Source of the DNA: a virus
Lineage: Duplodnaviria > Caudoviricetes
DNA: 64,000 nt
IMG/VR virus record: IMGVR_UViG_2926965794_000002
Span: 45,941-109,940 of that record
Strand: one strand, 5' to 3'
The notes beneath the pieces were generated by a model that saw only the letters and a list, made by a program, of their open reading frames with translations, did not search any database and was not told the DNA's origin. Shown here in pieces: positions 1 through 9,326 of the stretch (within the stretch, counting starts at the first letter, position 1; the number at the start of each line of letters is the position of its first letter). The translations under genes were made by a program, and so were the position numbers.

Positions 1-6
1 GTGGGG

Positions 7-252
7 TTACTTCTCGGAAGTCGCCGGGGCCGCCGGCGCGCTCGTCTCGAGCTTGTTCTGCGGCACGGTCGCCGAAGCCGGCACCGGAGCCGTCTTGTCG
101 TCCTTCTCCTTGATGAAGCCGCGCGACTTCAGCGTCTCGATGGTGTGCGGCGCCAGCACGTCGTCGCTCTTGACGACGTTGCTGCGCTCGTCATCGGGCT
201 TGAAGCGGCGGTTCACGGTGTTGAACGCCTTCAGGACGGAATACTCGGTCAT
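7..252 (-). CDS. Small phage hypothetical protein (neck/tail region)
   Basis: ORF MTEYSVLKAF... with AGGAG RBS, co-oriented with the structural genes. Confidence 0.6.
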   Translation of the reverse strand: MTEYSVLKAFNTVNRRFKPDDERSNVVKSDDVLAPHTIETLKSRGFIKEKDDKTAPVPASATVPQNKLETSAPAAPATSEK

Positions 253-263
253 GTCTCGTGCTC

Positions 264-737
264 CTATTCGGCCTCGGTCAGGCCCCATGCGATGCTGGCT
301 GACATCAGGTAGTAGTTCGCGTTCTCGGCACCGGGATCGCCAGATGCCAGATCAGCGGCCAAGAACTCGAGGCGGTCTTCCAACAGCGTCAGGCCCCTGA
401 ACATCCGGACAAGTCCCTTCGCGATGCGCCGTGCCTGGCCGGCACCGGTGTTGCGCGGCGTGAAGACGTGAAACCAGAGAGTGCCTTCCTCGTCCCAGCG
501 ATTATCGCCGGCGCCCTCGCCGCCCCCGATGCTTTCCTGTCCGTAGAAGGTCGAGACCAGCATGACGAGAACCCACGGCGAGATCTCGCCGCTCGGCGCG
601 CTGTCGCCCTCGTTCTCATAGACGAGCGGCGCGACCGCGAAATCCCACTGGCCGTCGACCTTTTCCCCGGTCTCGATATCGACGTAGCCGAGGAGCGCGC
701 GGATCGCGTCGTAGACCTCGTCGTTGGGCAGATCCAT
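264..737 (-). CDS. Putative tail terminator / tail completion protein
   Basis: 157 aa, follows neck genes; 'EEGTLWFHVFTPRNTGAGQARRIA' resembles tail-terminator proteins. Confidence 0.6.
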   Translation of the reverse strand: MDLPNDEVYDAIRALLGYVDIETGEKVDGQWDFAVAPLVYENEGDSAPSGEISPWVLVMLVSTFYGQESIGGGEGAGDNRWDEEGTLWFHVFTPRNTGAGQARRIAKGLVRMFRGLTLLEDRLEFLAADLASGDPGAENANYYLMSASIAWGLTEAE

Positions 738-1390
738 CAGGACACCTTCATCGACAGAACCAGCGCCGGATACGTCATCTGCGCGCCGGCCATGGTGTCG
801 GGCCGAAGCTTCCGCCGCGCGTACGGCCGATAGCCGCGCCGGAAGTGGCCCTTCAAGATGTAGCCGCCCGGGAGCGGGATCAGGGTCCGTTTCGCCGTGA
901 CGAAGTTGCCGAAGCGCGCCATCACGGCTTTCTTGACGTCTTCGATGATGCCCGGCGGCACCGACATCTGCATGTGACCGACGTCAATCTTGCGGCTGTA
1001 CGGCTGGTTGTTGGTCAAGATCACCGTCGCGTTGAGCGGGATCTCGTCGAAACTCTTCACGACGCCACCGGGCGTCATGATGAACCATGAGCGCTTGTAG
1101 CGGCCCGAGTCATCCGGCGATCGCTCGACCGCGGTCTGCAGCGCGTACTCAACGATCTCGCGCCACCAATGAAAGACGTAAAGGATCGGGCCCGGGGGCA
1201 CGACCGTCTCTTCCTCGGCGTCGCGCCGACCGTTGACGTATTTCTCGTACCGTTCCGAGCCGACGCCTTCCTGGATGGCCTTCGACAACTCGGATCGTGC
1301 AAATGCTGCGAGCCCCTTCGCGATGTTCTCCGGCGCCATGCCAGCGGTCGCGAACTTGAGATCCCGCTCGAACGTCGAGATCCTGGCCAT
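737..1390 (-). CDS. HK97 gp10-like neck/tail-completion protein
   Basis: Start MARISTF at 1390 overlaps the upstream stop; 'SPDDSGRYKRSW' and 'NNQPYSRKI' motifs. Confidence 0.65.
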   Translation of the reverse strand: MARISTFERDLKFATAGMAPENIAKGLAAFARSELSKAIQEGVGSERYEKYVNGRRDAEEETVVPPGPILYVFHWWREIVEYALQTAVERSPDDSGRYKRSWFIMTPGGVVKSFDEIPLNATVILTNNQPYSRKIDVGHMQMSVPPGIIEDVKKAVMARFGNFVTAKRTLIPLPGGYILKGHFRRGYRPYARRKLRPDTMAGAQMTYPALVLSMKVS

Positions 1391-1725
1391 CACTGACCCG
1401 ACGTGACGATTTCGTAGCAGCCCTGATACTCGCGATGGTCGGTGTCGACCGTTTGCACAGTCGTCGGCCAATCGAGGTTCGGACCAAGATAGATGTTGTC
1501 GCCCTTCGCGACCGGGACCGGAAATCCCTGTGCCTGCAGATCCAGCACCGACACGATGAGGTGCCTGGTGCCCGCCGTGATGCCGTTCACATACTCGTCC
1601 GGCGAATAGCCCTCGATTACGGCCTTCACCTGCGCGGTCGCGCCACCTTTCGCGCGCTTGAAGCGGACCATATGTCCGCGGCGGTTGATGCCGCGGCGCG
1701 CCCTCGCTGCTGCTGCCGCATCCAT
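1390..1725 (-). CDS. Putative head-closure (head-tail joining) protein
   Basis: 111 aa, translationally coupled, between adaptor and gp10-like genes. Confidence 0.55.
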   Translation of the reverse strand: MDAAAAARARRGINRRGHMVRFKRAKGGATAQVKAVIEGYSPDEYVNGITAGTRHLIVSVLDLQAQGFPVPVAKGDNIYLGPNLDWPTTVQTVDTDHREYQGCYEIVTSGQ

Positions 1726-2396
1726 CAGCCGAACTCCGGCTCGTAGCCGTACTGCTCGAGCGCGGCAGCGATATCGGGCGGGAATGCACCGTTTTCGCCG
1801 ATCTGGCCGACCCAGTATTCAAGGCGCTCGATATCGGTCGTCCATTCCGACTTCACCGTAGGATCGCGGTCGGCGGCAAACCGCGCGGCACGGATCATGC
1901 CGATTACGGCACCCTCGATCGCCAGAGGAAGCGTGAAATTGGCGGTTGCCGGCAGCGTCCAACCGGCCTTGAAGCGGACCACGGTACGGACGCCAGGTGC
2001 CCAGCCGATGCTCGGCGGCGGAACGACCCCAAGCCGCCACATCTCGCCGGTACCGCCGTCGAAGTCGTAGTCGGTCGGGTCGATTGTCACGGTCCCGATC
2101 GTGACCGAGACAATCTCGGTGACGGGATGACGCGCCAAGATCATCTGCCCGCGACGGCGCCGAAACCACGGACTGTGGACGAACTTCTGCTCCAGCGTCT
2201 CGAGCCCGAGCGTCTTGGAGCCATCAACGGCGGCCGGGACCAAGAGATAGTCGCACACCATGGCCGAGAGCCGGTCGATCAGGCGGCCGATCTTGGCGTC
2301 TTCGGTGCCGTCGGTGATCCCCAACTCGGTCTTGACGTTTTCCAGCGTCGTCAGTTTGCGGTCAGTTGCGGGCTCGACGACGGAGAACATGCGCAA
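1725..2396 (-). CDS. Head-tail adaptor (gp6/gp15-like)
   Basis: 'LTTLENVKTELGI...EDAKIGRLI' N-terminus and 'VRFKAGW...LPLAIEGAV'. Confidence 0.75.
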   Translation of the reverse strand: MRMFSVVEPATDRKLTTLENVKTELGITDGTEDAKIGRLIDRLSAMVCDYLLVPAAVDGSKTLGLETLEQKFVHSPWFRRRRGQMILARHPVTEIVSVTIGTVTIDPTDYDFDGGTGEMWRLGVVPPPSIGWAPGVRTVVRFKAGWTLPATANFTLPLAIEGAVIGMIRAARFAADRDPTVKSEWTTDIERLEYWVGQIGENGAFPPDIAAALEQYGYEPEFG

Positions 2397-2458
2397 GCAC
2401 CTCGCGGGGCCATGCGCCCGAGGCTATTGCCCCGGGCGCTGGGATTGCACAGCGACCG

Positions 2459-3031
2459 TTAGGACGCGGCCGCCGGCGCCGAGCCCGCCTTCACGGCCTC
2501 GACGATGTCCGCCTTGGCGGTCTTGCCGCCCAGGTCGATGTTCTTGTCCGCGGCCAGCTTCTGGAGCTCGGGCACGGTCAGTTCATCGAAATTGCCGGCC
2601 TCGATCGCGGCCTTCACCTTGGCGTCGTTCTCGAGGGCGGCGACGATGTCCGCCTTTTTGGTCAGGCCGGAGATGTCGACCTTGCGCTCGGCCGCGATGG
2701 CCTGGAGCTCGGCGACGGTCTTCTTGCTGAGATCTCCGTCGTCGGCGTTGTCCTTGCCACCGGTGCCTTCCGGCTGCCGGCGCGACGCGTTCGGATCCTG
2801 CCGATCGGCGTCCTGCAGCTTGAGCGCAACGTCGGACGACGCGCCGCGTGCCTTGACCGCGTCATCCTCAGTCGTGAAGTGCGCGACACCACGCTTCACC
2901 CAGCGATCGGCCGAGCGCGGAGACAGCGGGTACGTCTTGCCCTCCTCGAAGCGGGTTTCGTTGGCGGTGCCGGCGTGCTCATTGTCGACCACGCGGGTTT
3001 GGTCGAACGTAATATTCACCTTGTCATCCAT
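2459..3031 (-). CDS. Phage protein with two Rho_N/HeH-like repeats
   Basis: Repeats 'TVAELQAIAAERKVDISGLTKKADIVAAL' and 'TVPELQKLAADKNIDLGGKTAKADIVEAV'. Confidence 0.7.
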   Translation of the reverse strand: MDDKVNITFDQTRVVDNEHAGTANETRFEEGKTYPLSPRSADRWVKRGVAHFTTEDDAVKARGASSDVALKLQDADRQDPNASRRQPEGTGGKDNADDGDLSKKTVAELQAIAAERKVDISGLTKKADIVAALENDAKVKAAIEAGNFDELTVPELQKLAADKNIDLGGKTAKADIVEAVKAGSAPAAAS

Positions 3032-3127
3032 CGTGGTGGACTCCTGCAAGAATGGGTTTGGCAGCGCTTGGGAGCGCTGCCGCGGTTCGGTGCTCACGCT
3101 GAACTGAAGGTCAGTTCAACGCAGCGG

Positions 3128-3571
3128 CTACTTGATGGTTTCGACCAGCGACGCCGCTGGCGCCGTCGGGGAATACCGCGCGCTGACGCCGAGCAGGACG
3201 GCGGTCGACGGGCTCGTCGCGACGGCAGTCGTCATCGACAACCGCACGAACGAGAAGCCACCGTTGCGGTCCAATTCCTCGGCGCGGACATTGATCTGCG
3301 CCTGCTTGTTGGACTTGTCGGTGCCAGCCTGGGTCAGCTGCGTGATGGCCTTGCCGACGATGTCCTTGGCACCGGTACCCGTGCCGTCCTGTGCCTGCTG
3401 GAGCTTGGCGTCGATGGTGCCGTTCACGCCCAAGGCGCCGGCGGCGATGATCGCGAGCAGTTCCTCGAACGTCGCCATCGACACCCAGTTCGTGGTCAGG
3501 GTGCCGGCCGCGTTGGCAGCCGGGTTGATGATGCCGGCCAGGACGACTTTCTCGCTGGTGAGCGAAGTCAT
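3128..3571 (-). CDS. Putative capsid decoration protein
   Basis: 147 aa, Ala/Thr/Gly-rich, directly downstream of the major capsid gene. Confidence 0.55.
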   Translation of the reverse strand: MTSLTSEKVVLAGIINPAANAAGTLTTNWVSMATFEELLAIIAAGALGVNGTIDAKLQQAQDGTGTGAKDIVGKAITQLTQAGTDKSNKQAQINVRAEELDRNGGFSFVRLSMTTAVATSPSTAVLLGVSARYSPTAPAASLVETIK

Positions 3572-3657
3572 GGAATTCTCCGTGGATTGATGGGTTCAGG
3601 GGTGATCTTCGCAGGCGGGCGGCGATCAAGACCGCCGCCCGGTGCTCAGACCGCTGG

Positions 3658-4995
3658 TTACGGCCGGTCGGCGAGCGTGACGAACGGGCTCAGGGTGTCG
3701 GCACCCTTGAACGGCGTCAGCGGGGCATCCCAGATCGGCTGGCCATCCATGCGCAGGACGAACCGGAAGGTCGTCTCGTCATTGATGAACCGGGCGTGGA
3801 TCGAGACGTCCTGCTTCAGGCCGCCCTTCTGGATCGTCAGGTACTGCTGCAGATCCATCAGCGCGATGTCGCCCTTGTCGCCGAGCTGCGAGTTGAACTC
3901 GGTCGGGACAATCGGGCGGCCGAGCAGCGTGGCGTACGGCTGACCGGCGATGCTGCCCTGCGGCAGGTAGATCGGCATGTTGCCGATCTTCATCAGCATC
4001 AGCTGTGGCTCGATCTGCTGGTTGATGGTCCAGATCGCGCTCTGCCGGCTGCGCAGCCACAGGCGAGCCCACATCTTGACGATGTTCTCGACCACGACGG
4101 TGTCCGCCGCCTGGCCGCCCTCAGCCGCGATGGTGACCAACGCCGCCGACTTCATGACACCGGCCGGCATGCCGGCGCCGCTGCCCTCGAAGATGGCATC
4201 GTCGATCTTGAAGGCGAACTCGTCGCCGAAGACCTCCGGGATGAAGCTGTTCAGCATCACGGCATCCTCGAGCAACTCGTCGGTTGCGTAGAGGAGACCG
4301 GTCAGCTTGTGCAGCCGCAGATCCATCTGGCGGAAGGACAGCTGCGAGCCGACCTTCTGCTGGCCCTCGCCGGTCCAGAACGACTGGACGCCGCCGAAGC
4401 GGGTGCCGTTGGCGCGGCTCGAGTCCTTCAGCGCGTTGATCTTCACGCCGTTGGAGGCCGGGCTGACCGGCAGCTGGCGGGTGCGCGAGAGCAGATCCGA
4501 GCGGTCGTACGCACGGCTCATGAGCTCAGGCACGAAGTCCTGCTGGATCAGGTAGCCACCGTCCTGGCCGCCGCCCTCGTTCATGCCGCTGGCGGCCTGC
4601 CACTCGAGGCGGTCGTCGACGGCGATCCGCTTGCCGGCGTTGGCGATCGCCACCATCTGCTCGCCGAGCGAACCGAACTTCTTCTTCGCTTCGGCGGGCA
4701 CGGTCGGAGCGGTGCGCTCGGCACGCTCGCCCGCGGTCTCGGCGTTCGCACCCGGGGCCGGAGCCATCGAGCGCTGCTCGTCCATCAGGCGCTCCTGCTG
4801 GGCGATCGCCTGGTTGACGCGGGTCAACTCGCTGACCTGCGCCGGCTTGTCACCAGCGGCAGCGACGTCGTCCATGATTGCCGACAGGCGGGCAGCCTCG
4901 ACATCGGTGATGGTGCCATCGGCCACCTTGGCGGTGAGCGCATTGGCTTCGGCGATCAGCCCCGCTTTCTTGTCGCGAAGTGCCTTGATCGTCAT
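3658..4995 (-). CDS. Major capsid protein (HK97 fold) with N-terminal delta/scaffold domain
   Basis: Coiled-coil N-terminus, 'DGGYLIQQDF', 'TDELLEDA', 'FRFVLRMDG'; strong GAGGAG RBS. Confidence 0.92.
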   Translation of the reverse strand: MTIKALRDKKAGLIAEANALTAKVADGTITDVEAARLSAIMDDVAAAGDKPAQVSELTRVNQAIAQQERLMDEQRSMAPAPGANAETAGERAERTAPTVPAEAKKKFGSLGEQMVAIANAGKRIAVDDRLEWQAASGMNEGGGQDGGYLIQQDFVPELMSRAYDRSDLLSRTRQLPVSPASNGVKINALKDSSRANGTRFGGVQSFWTGEGQQKVGSQLSFRQMDLRLHKLTGLLYATDELLEDAVMLNSFIPEVFGDEFAFKIDDAIFEGSGAGMPAGVMKSAALVTIAAEGGQAADTVVVENIVKMWARLWLRSRQSAIWTINQQIEPQLMLMKIGNMPIYLPQGSIAGQPYATLLGRPIVPTEFNSQLGDKGDIALMDLQQYLTIQKGGLKQDVSIHARFINDETTFRFVLRMDGQPIWDAPLTPFKGADTLSPFVTLADRP

Positions 4996-5009
4996 CTCGA
5001 TCTCTCCTC

Positions 5010-5040
5010 AATAAAAAAGGCGCCCGGGAAGGGGCGCCTT
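5010..5040 (-). terminator. Intrinsic terminator-like hairpin just upstream of the major capsid RBS
   Basis: Minus strand AAGGCGCCC-cttcc-CGGGCGCC-TTTTTTATT. Confidence 0.55.
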
Positions 5041-5144
5041 GGGTTTCGATGGACTCAGTGGAGACTGCGGTCTCGACCGAGCCCGCATAGACACGCGAAG
5101 ATCAGGGTCGCGACTGCGCCCCTACTCCGCGAATTTCGGAAGGG

Positions 5145-6194
5145 TCAGCCGCGCGCGCCGAGCGCGACGAATGCCGACTGCTGGTTGGCGGAGTTGCGCG
5201 GCGTGATCGGCGTCTTCCACGCCGGCGCGCCGTCCACGCGATAGCGAAGCTTGAACGCCATCTCGTCGGTCACGAATTTCGCGTGGATCGAGCTCAACAA
5301 ACCGCCAGATGCCTGCTCCTTCTCGGCAACGATGTACTGGCTCATGTCCGCCAGGACGACGTCGCCGGCGGCGCCGAGCGGCGCGGTGTACTCGCAGAGC
5401 TCGACGGGCATCTGCAGCAGCCGGCGCTCGCCGTTCGGGCCGGTCTCGAACAGCTTGGTGCCGGTGCTCTCCTCCAGGGCAACGATCTGCCCGAAGGCGT
5501 CGTTGCCCATCATCCAAATCGCCGTGGCGTGTGACGGGCCCCAAAGCCCGGCGGCCATCGCGGAGAGGTTGGTCGTGGAAATCGTCCCGGCCGCCTGGCC
5601 GTTATCCTTCGGTACCGTCAGCAGACCCGGGGCATTCAGGATCCCAAGCGGCTCGCCCACGCCGCTACCCGCGACGATCGCGCGCTCAATCCCAAATGCC
5701 GCCTCGAGGCCGAAGATCCGGATCAGCGCCGCGGCCAGCGCCGGCGCGTCCTCGTTCAACTCCTCGGTGGTGAAGAACATCCCGAGGAGCTTCTTCAGCT
5801 TGAGCTCGAGCAGATCAAACTTCAGCGCGGAGTCGTTGTCGTCGCCGCCCTGGTCGGTCCAGTACATCCGGGCGCCGCCGAAGCGCGAATTCACCGGCTG
5901 CTCGGCGTCACCGCGATCGGACTCCGAAATCGCCGGGATGATGAGCTTGTCGCCCTTGGTGATGGGTTGGCGATCGCAGCGCGCCAGAATGCGGCCAGTG
6001 GCGTAGACGCGTGTCCACAGCGCCGCGGCAAACTCCACGGGTACGAGGAAGCCGCCGCCCGGCCCGGAAACACCGCTGAGGCCGGAGACGGAAGCCGCCG
6101 GCACCAGGCGGTGGTCGCTGTCCTCGGCCTGCTCGGCGCCGATCACGGCCGCGAGGAAGCTGGCGAAAGTCTGGAACGTCATGGGCTTGTTCAT
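5145..6194 (-). CDS. Second capsid-protein paralogue lacking the delta domain
   Basis: Collinear with 3658-4995: GGFLVP/GGYLIQ, RFGG..W, TEELNEDA/TDELLEDA, SIHAKFVTDE/SIHARFINDE; own GAGGA RBS. Confidence 0.88.
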   Translation of the reverse strand: MNKPMTFQTFASFLAAVIGAEQAEDSDHRLVPAASVSGLSGVSGPGGGFLVPVEFAAALWTRVYATGRILARCDRQPITKGDKLIIPAISESDRGDAEQPVNSRFGGARMYWTDQGGDDNDSALKFDLLELKLKKLLGMFFTTEELNEDAPALAAALIRIFGLEAAFGIERAIVAGSGVGEPLGILNAPGLLTVPKDNGQAAGTISTTNLSAMAAGLWGPSHATAIWMMGNDAFGQIVALEESTGTKLFETGPNGERRLLQMPVELCEYTAPLGAAGDVVLADMSQYIVAEKEQASGGLLSSIHAKFVTDEMAFKLRYRVDGAPAWKTPITPRNSANQQSAFVALGARG

Positions 6195-6211
6195 GGCGCG
6201 ACCGTTTCCTC

Positions 6212-7654
6212 TTAGGCGCTGAGCAGAGCGAGACGGCGGCGACGGGCCTCAGCGGCCTGCTTGCGCTCGGCCAGTTCGGCCTCGGCCTTGTTCGGCGGCG
6301 GCTCGGTGAAACTGCTGCCGTCGGCCAGCGAACAAATCCAATCGCCGGCCATCGAGACACCGATCTTGCTGTAGACCGCGGCCCCGTTCTCGACCGCGAT
6401 CGTGACCGTCTCGCCGGCGACCTTCAGATACGGGGACTGGGTCTCGATCAGCCCGGTCGAGATCACGACCTTGGCGGGCCAGTGCTCCAGCACGTAGTAC
6501 GTGCGAGCCTCGCCCTCGGTCTCCATGCGGAAGGCCACCCGTCCGCAGTCGGCCGTTGGGAGAATCTGGTCGGTGGCGCTGGTGATGTTGTGGGCGCGGA
6601 TATCACCATCGACGAAGAGGTTGCCGGGGATTGCCACGCCGCTTTCGGTGACATGGACCCCCTCAGCCTGCACGTTCGCGCCGGCGACCGTGTCGGCGTC
6701 GGCCGACTCGTCCGGTCCCTGCTCTTCACCGCGACGACGACGACCACCCTCTTCCGGCATCTCCATCGTGAGACCAACGCCCTGCAGAGCCATCTTGATC
6801 GTGGCGACGTCGTCGATCATGCCGAGGCGCTTCGCCATCGGAGCGCTGTAGCAGCGGCCCTTGCCGAACTTCTCGAGCACGACGTCCTTGGTGACGCCGC
6901 GGCCGCGCGCGACAGCGGTCAGGAAGTCGTCATAGGTCTGATCGACCTCGGACTGATAGAATGCTTTTGCTTCGTCGCTCAGCGGCTCCATCGAGTTGCC
7001 TTCGGTCTTGTACTCGCCGGCATAGATGAAGGTCGGCTTGATGCCGTTGTCGGCCATCAGCGCCGAGCAGTCGTAGTGGCACATGAAGACGCCGATCGAA
7101 CCGATGTCGCCCGACGGCACCGAGACCAGCTTGGTGCACTGGCTGCCGATCCAGTAGCCGGCCGAGGCGCACAGCGGATTGATGATGCCGACCACCGTCT
7201 TCTTGCGGGCGGCCCGATAGACAGCATCGGCCGCCTCCTGCGTGCCCGTGACGGCGCCGCCGGGCGTGTTGATGTCGAGCACGATCATGTCAACCGACGG
7301 ATCGTTCGCCAGGCTGTCCATGATCTGGGACAGCAGCAGGGTCGAGAAGCAGTACGGCTGGTACTCGAGGTCGTAGAGCGCGACGCCATGCAGCGAGACC
7401 AGCGCGGTATACTTGCCGGCCTTCGCGCTCGGCGACATCTGCGGGCCGGCCGACATCCGGACATGCTTCGGCTCGGATCCGTCCTCGTCCTCGAGGCCAT
7501 AGATCTCGCGGATTTCCTTGTCGTGGACCTTGCCGCGCGCGACGCGCTCGAAGAGACCACCGAGGACCGCGCCGAAACCGTTCCGCAGGTCGAACGCAAA
7601 CATCCGGCCGTTGGAGCTCCGGATCTCGCGCTTAAACTGCTGCATCTTCCCCAT
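6212..7654 (-). CDS. S49 (SppA/ClpP-like) prohead maturation protease with C-terminal extension
   Basis: 'LDINTPGG', 'CASAGYWIGS', 'GSIGV', 'AGEYKTEGN'; start placed at MGKMQQ after GGAG. Confidence 0.88.
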   Translation of the reverse strand: MGKMQQFKREIRSSNGRMFAFDLRNGFGAVLGGLFERVARGKVHDKEIREIYGLEDEDGSEPKHVRMSAGPQMSPSAKAGKYTALVSLHGVALYDLEYQPYCFSTLLLSQIMDSLANDPSVDMIVLDINTPGGAVTGTQEAADAVYRAARKKTVVGIINPLCASAGYWIGSQCTKLVSVPSGDIGSIGVFMCHYDCSALMADNGIKPTFIYAGEYKTEGNSMEPLSDEAKAFYQSEVDQTYDDFLTAVARGRGVTKDVVLEKFGKGRCYSAPMAKRLGMIDDVATIKMALQGVGLTMEMPEEGGRRRRGEEQGPDESADADTVAGANVQAEGVHVTESGVAIPGNLFVDGDIRAHNITSATDQILPTADCGRVAFRMETEGEARTYYVLEHWPAKVVISTGLIETQSPYLKVAGETVTIAVENGAAVYSKIGVSMAGDWICSLADGSSFTEPPPNKAEAELAERKQAAEARRRRLALLSA

Positions 7655-9326
7655 TTTGGGCTCCGTGTTTCTTGAGGACGGCGGCGATCTGGCCGGCGAG
7701 CTTTTCGTCTCGCCGATCGAGCAACGCCACGATGTCGTTGGCACCCAAGGCCTCGTCACGCTGGTGGGCGCAGTACGCCCGCGCGCCGTCGCGCGAGATC
7801 TGCAGATTCTGCATCACAAAGCTGACGTGGCCGCCGTAGAACGCCTTGATAAACTCGCGCATGCCGTCGGGATCGGCGGCGAACTTCAGCGAAGCCTTGC
7901 GGAGCGCCTGGTTCTCTTTCCGGGCGACTCGAGCCGCGACGGCTTCTGGCGTGTTGTCTTCGATCCTCTCGGGCGGCGCCGGCAGAGCCGCGGCTGGCTG
8001 ATCGGCCGCCGGCGGCAGCGCCTGCTGCTGCTGCTGATACGCTCCGCGCGACACCTGGTCGGCCCAGGGCTCGTTGATCCGGTTGAGGCCCTCCGCGACG
8101 CGGACCTCGTTGATGGTCATCCATCCAGGGGCGCCGCCGGTGCCAAGCGCCGCCGACCAATAGTTCCGGCGGGCTTCGAGATTGCCGCGCTCCAGCGCGT
8201 CGAGATTGAACTTCACCTCGTACAGGCCGGTCGCGATGATGAGGTCGCGGCGGATCGCCTGCTCGATTTTCCGGGCCCAAGGCCGGATGGTGTACTTCAC
8301 GAAGTTGATGGACTGCTCTTCGACCGTCGACCGATTCGTCTGGTCGTCGACGCCGAGCATGTGCAGCGGGATGCGGAAGAAGCGCGCCAGTTCGGCGATC
8401 TGCCACTTCCGGGCCTCGAGCAGCTGAGCCTCGCTCGCCTTCATCGAAGCCGGCTCGAACTTGGCGCCGTCCTGGAGAACCGCCGGACGGTGGAAATTTT
8501 CCGGGCTGGCGTACTTCTCCATGAGGCGTGCGATCAGACGCCGCACCGCCTGCGGGCTCATCCGCTTCTGGGTGGTGATGAAACCGCCCATGTTGAGGTT
8601 GTTCGAGAAGATCCGCGAGGCGTACTGGTCCGCGGCGACGCCGAGGCCGATCGACTCGGCGGCCAGATCCAGCATGCTGAGACCATTGACGCCATCGAGC
8701 GACAGGCTCGGGATGCGCAGCACCTCGTCCTGCAGAAGAACCCGAGATCCTCCGGAAGTCGGGTTGGTGACGGTGAACCGCAGCGTCCCGTCACGAAGCT
8801 GGTCCTGCGTGACGCGATCGCTGCGCAGGAATTTAAGTTGGTCGACCGCACCGCGGGCGCCCGGAACGATCTCGGCGTAACCGGTGCCGAACAGCACCGC
8901 ATGCAGGATGATCGACTCCCAGAACTCGGCCGCGGTCTGCGTCTTGTTCGGCTGGAAGCGGATCAGTTCCGCCACGGGATGACCTGGCGCCGGCAGGCGG
9001 CCGTCATCCGGCATGACCTTGTTGATCGAGACCGGCAGGCTCGCGATGGTCTCGGCGAGAACCTTGGCACACGCCGCGAACGCCGACAGGCGCATCGCGA
9101 TCATCGGTGTGATCCGGATCCCGGCCTTCGACCGCTTGCCTACCGACTCGTAATAGAAATCAGCATCGTCGCCGTAGTAGCGCTCCTCCTGCTCGCCGGA
9201 ATCGTCTGCACGACGACCGAGCGACCACACTGCGGCAACGGTGTTGTTGATCCAACCCATGGGCGATTTCGGTCCTGATGAGTTGCGAGAAGGCGGCGGG
9301 GCAGCGATCGCGGCCGCCTGCATCAC
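7632..9326 (-). CDS. Portal protein (HK97 family)
   Basis: 'ETIASLP', 'AQLLEARKWQIAELARFFRIPLHMLG', 'WMTINEVRVAEGL'. Confidence 0.93.
   Translation of the reverse strand: MMQAAAIAAPPPSRNSSGPKSPMGWINNTVAAVWSLGRRADDSGEQEERYYGDDADFYYESVGKRSKAGIRITPMIAMRLSAFAACAKVLAETIASLPVSINKVMPDDGRLPAPGHPVAELIRFQPNKTQTAAEFWESIILHAVLFGTGYAEIVPGARGAVDQLKFLRSDRVTQDQLRDGTLRFTVTNPTSGGSRVLLQDEVLRIPSLSLDGVNGLSMLDLAAESIGLGVAADQYASRIFSNNLNMGGFITTQKRMSPQAVRRLIARLMEKYASPENFHRPAVLQDGAKFEPASMKASEAQLLEARKWQIAELARFFRIPLHMLGVDDQTNRSTVEEQSINFVKYTIRPWARKIEQAIRRDLIIATGLYEVKFNLDALERGNLEARRNYWSAALGTGGAPGWMTINEVRVAEGLNRINEPWADQVSRGAYQQQQQALPPAADQPAAALPAPPERIEDNTPEAVAARVARKENQALRKASLKFAADPDGMREFIKAFYGGHVSFVMQNLQISRDGARAYCAHQRDEALGANDIVALLDRRDEKLAGQIAAVLKKHGAQNGEDAAV

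Noticed and set aside
6194-6214. Protease-capsid fusion by stop read-through
   Set aside because: The ORFs are not in frame and the downstream gene has its own RBS
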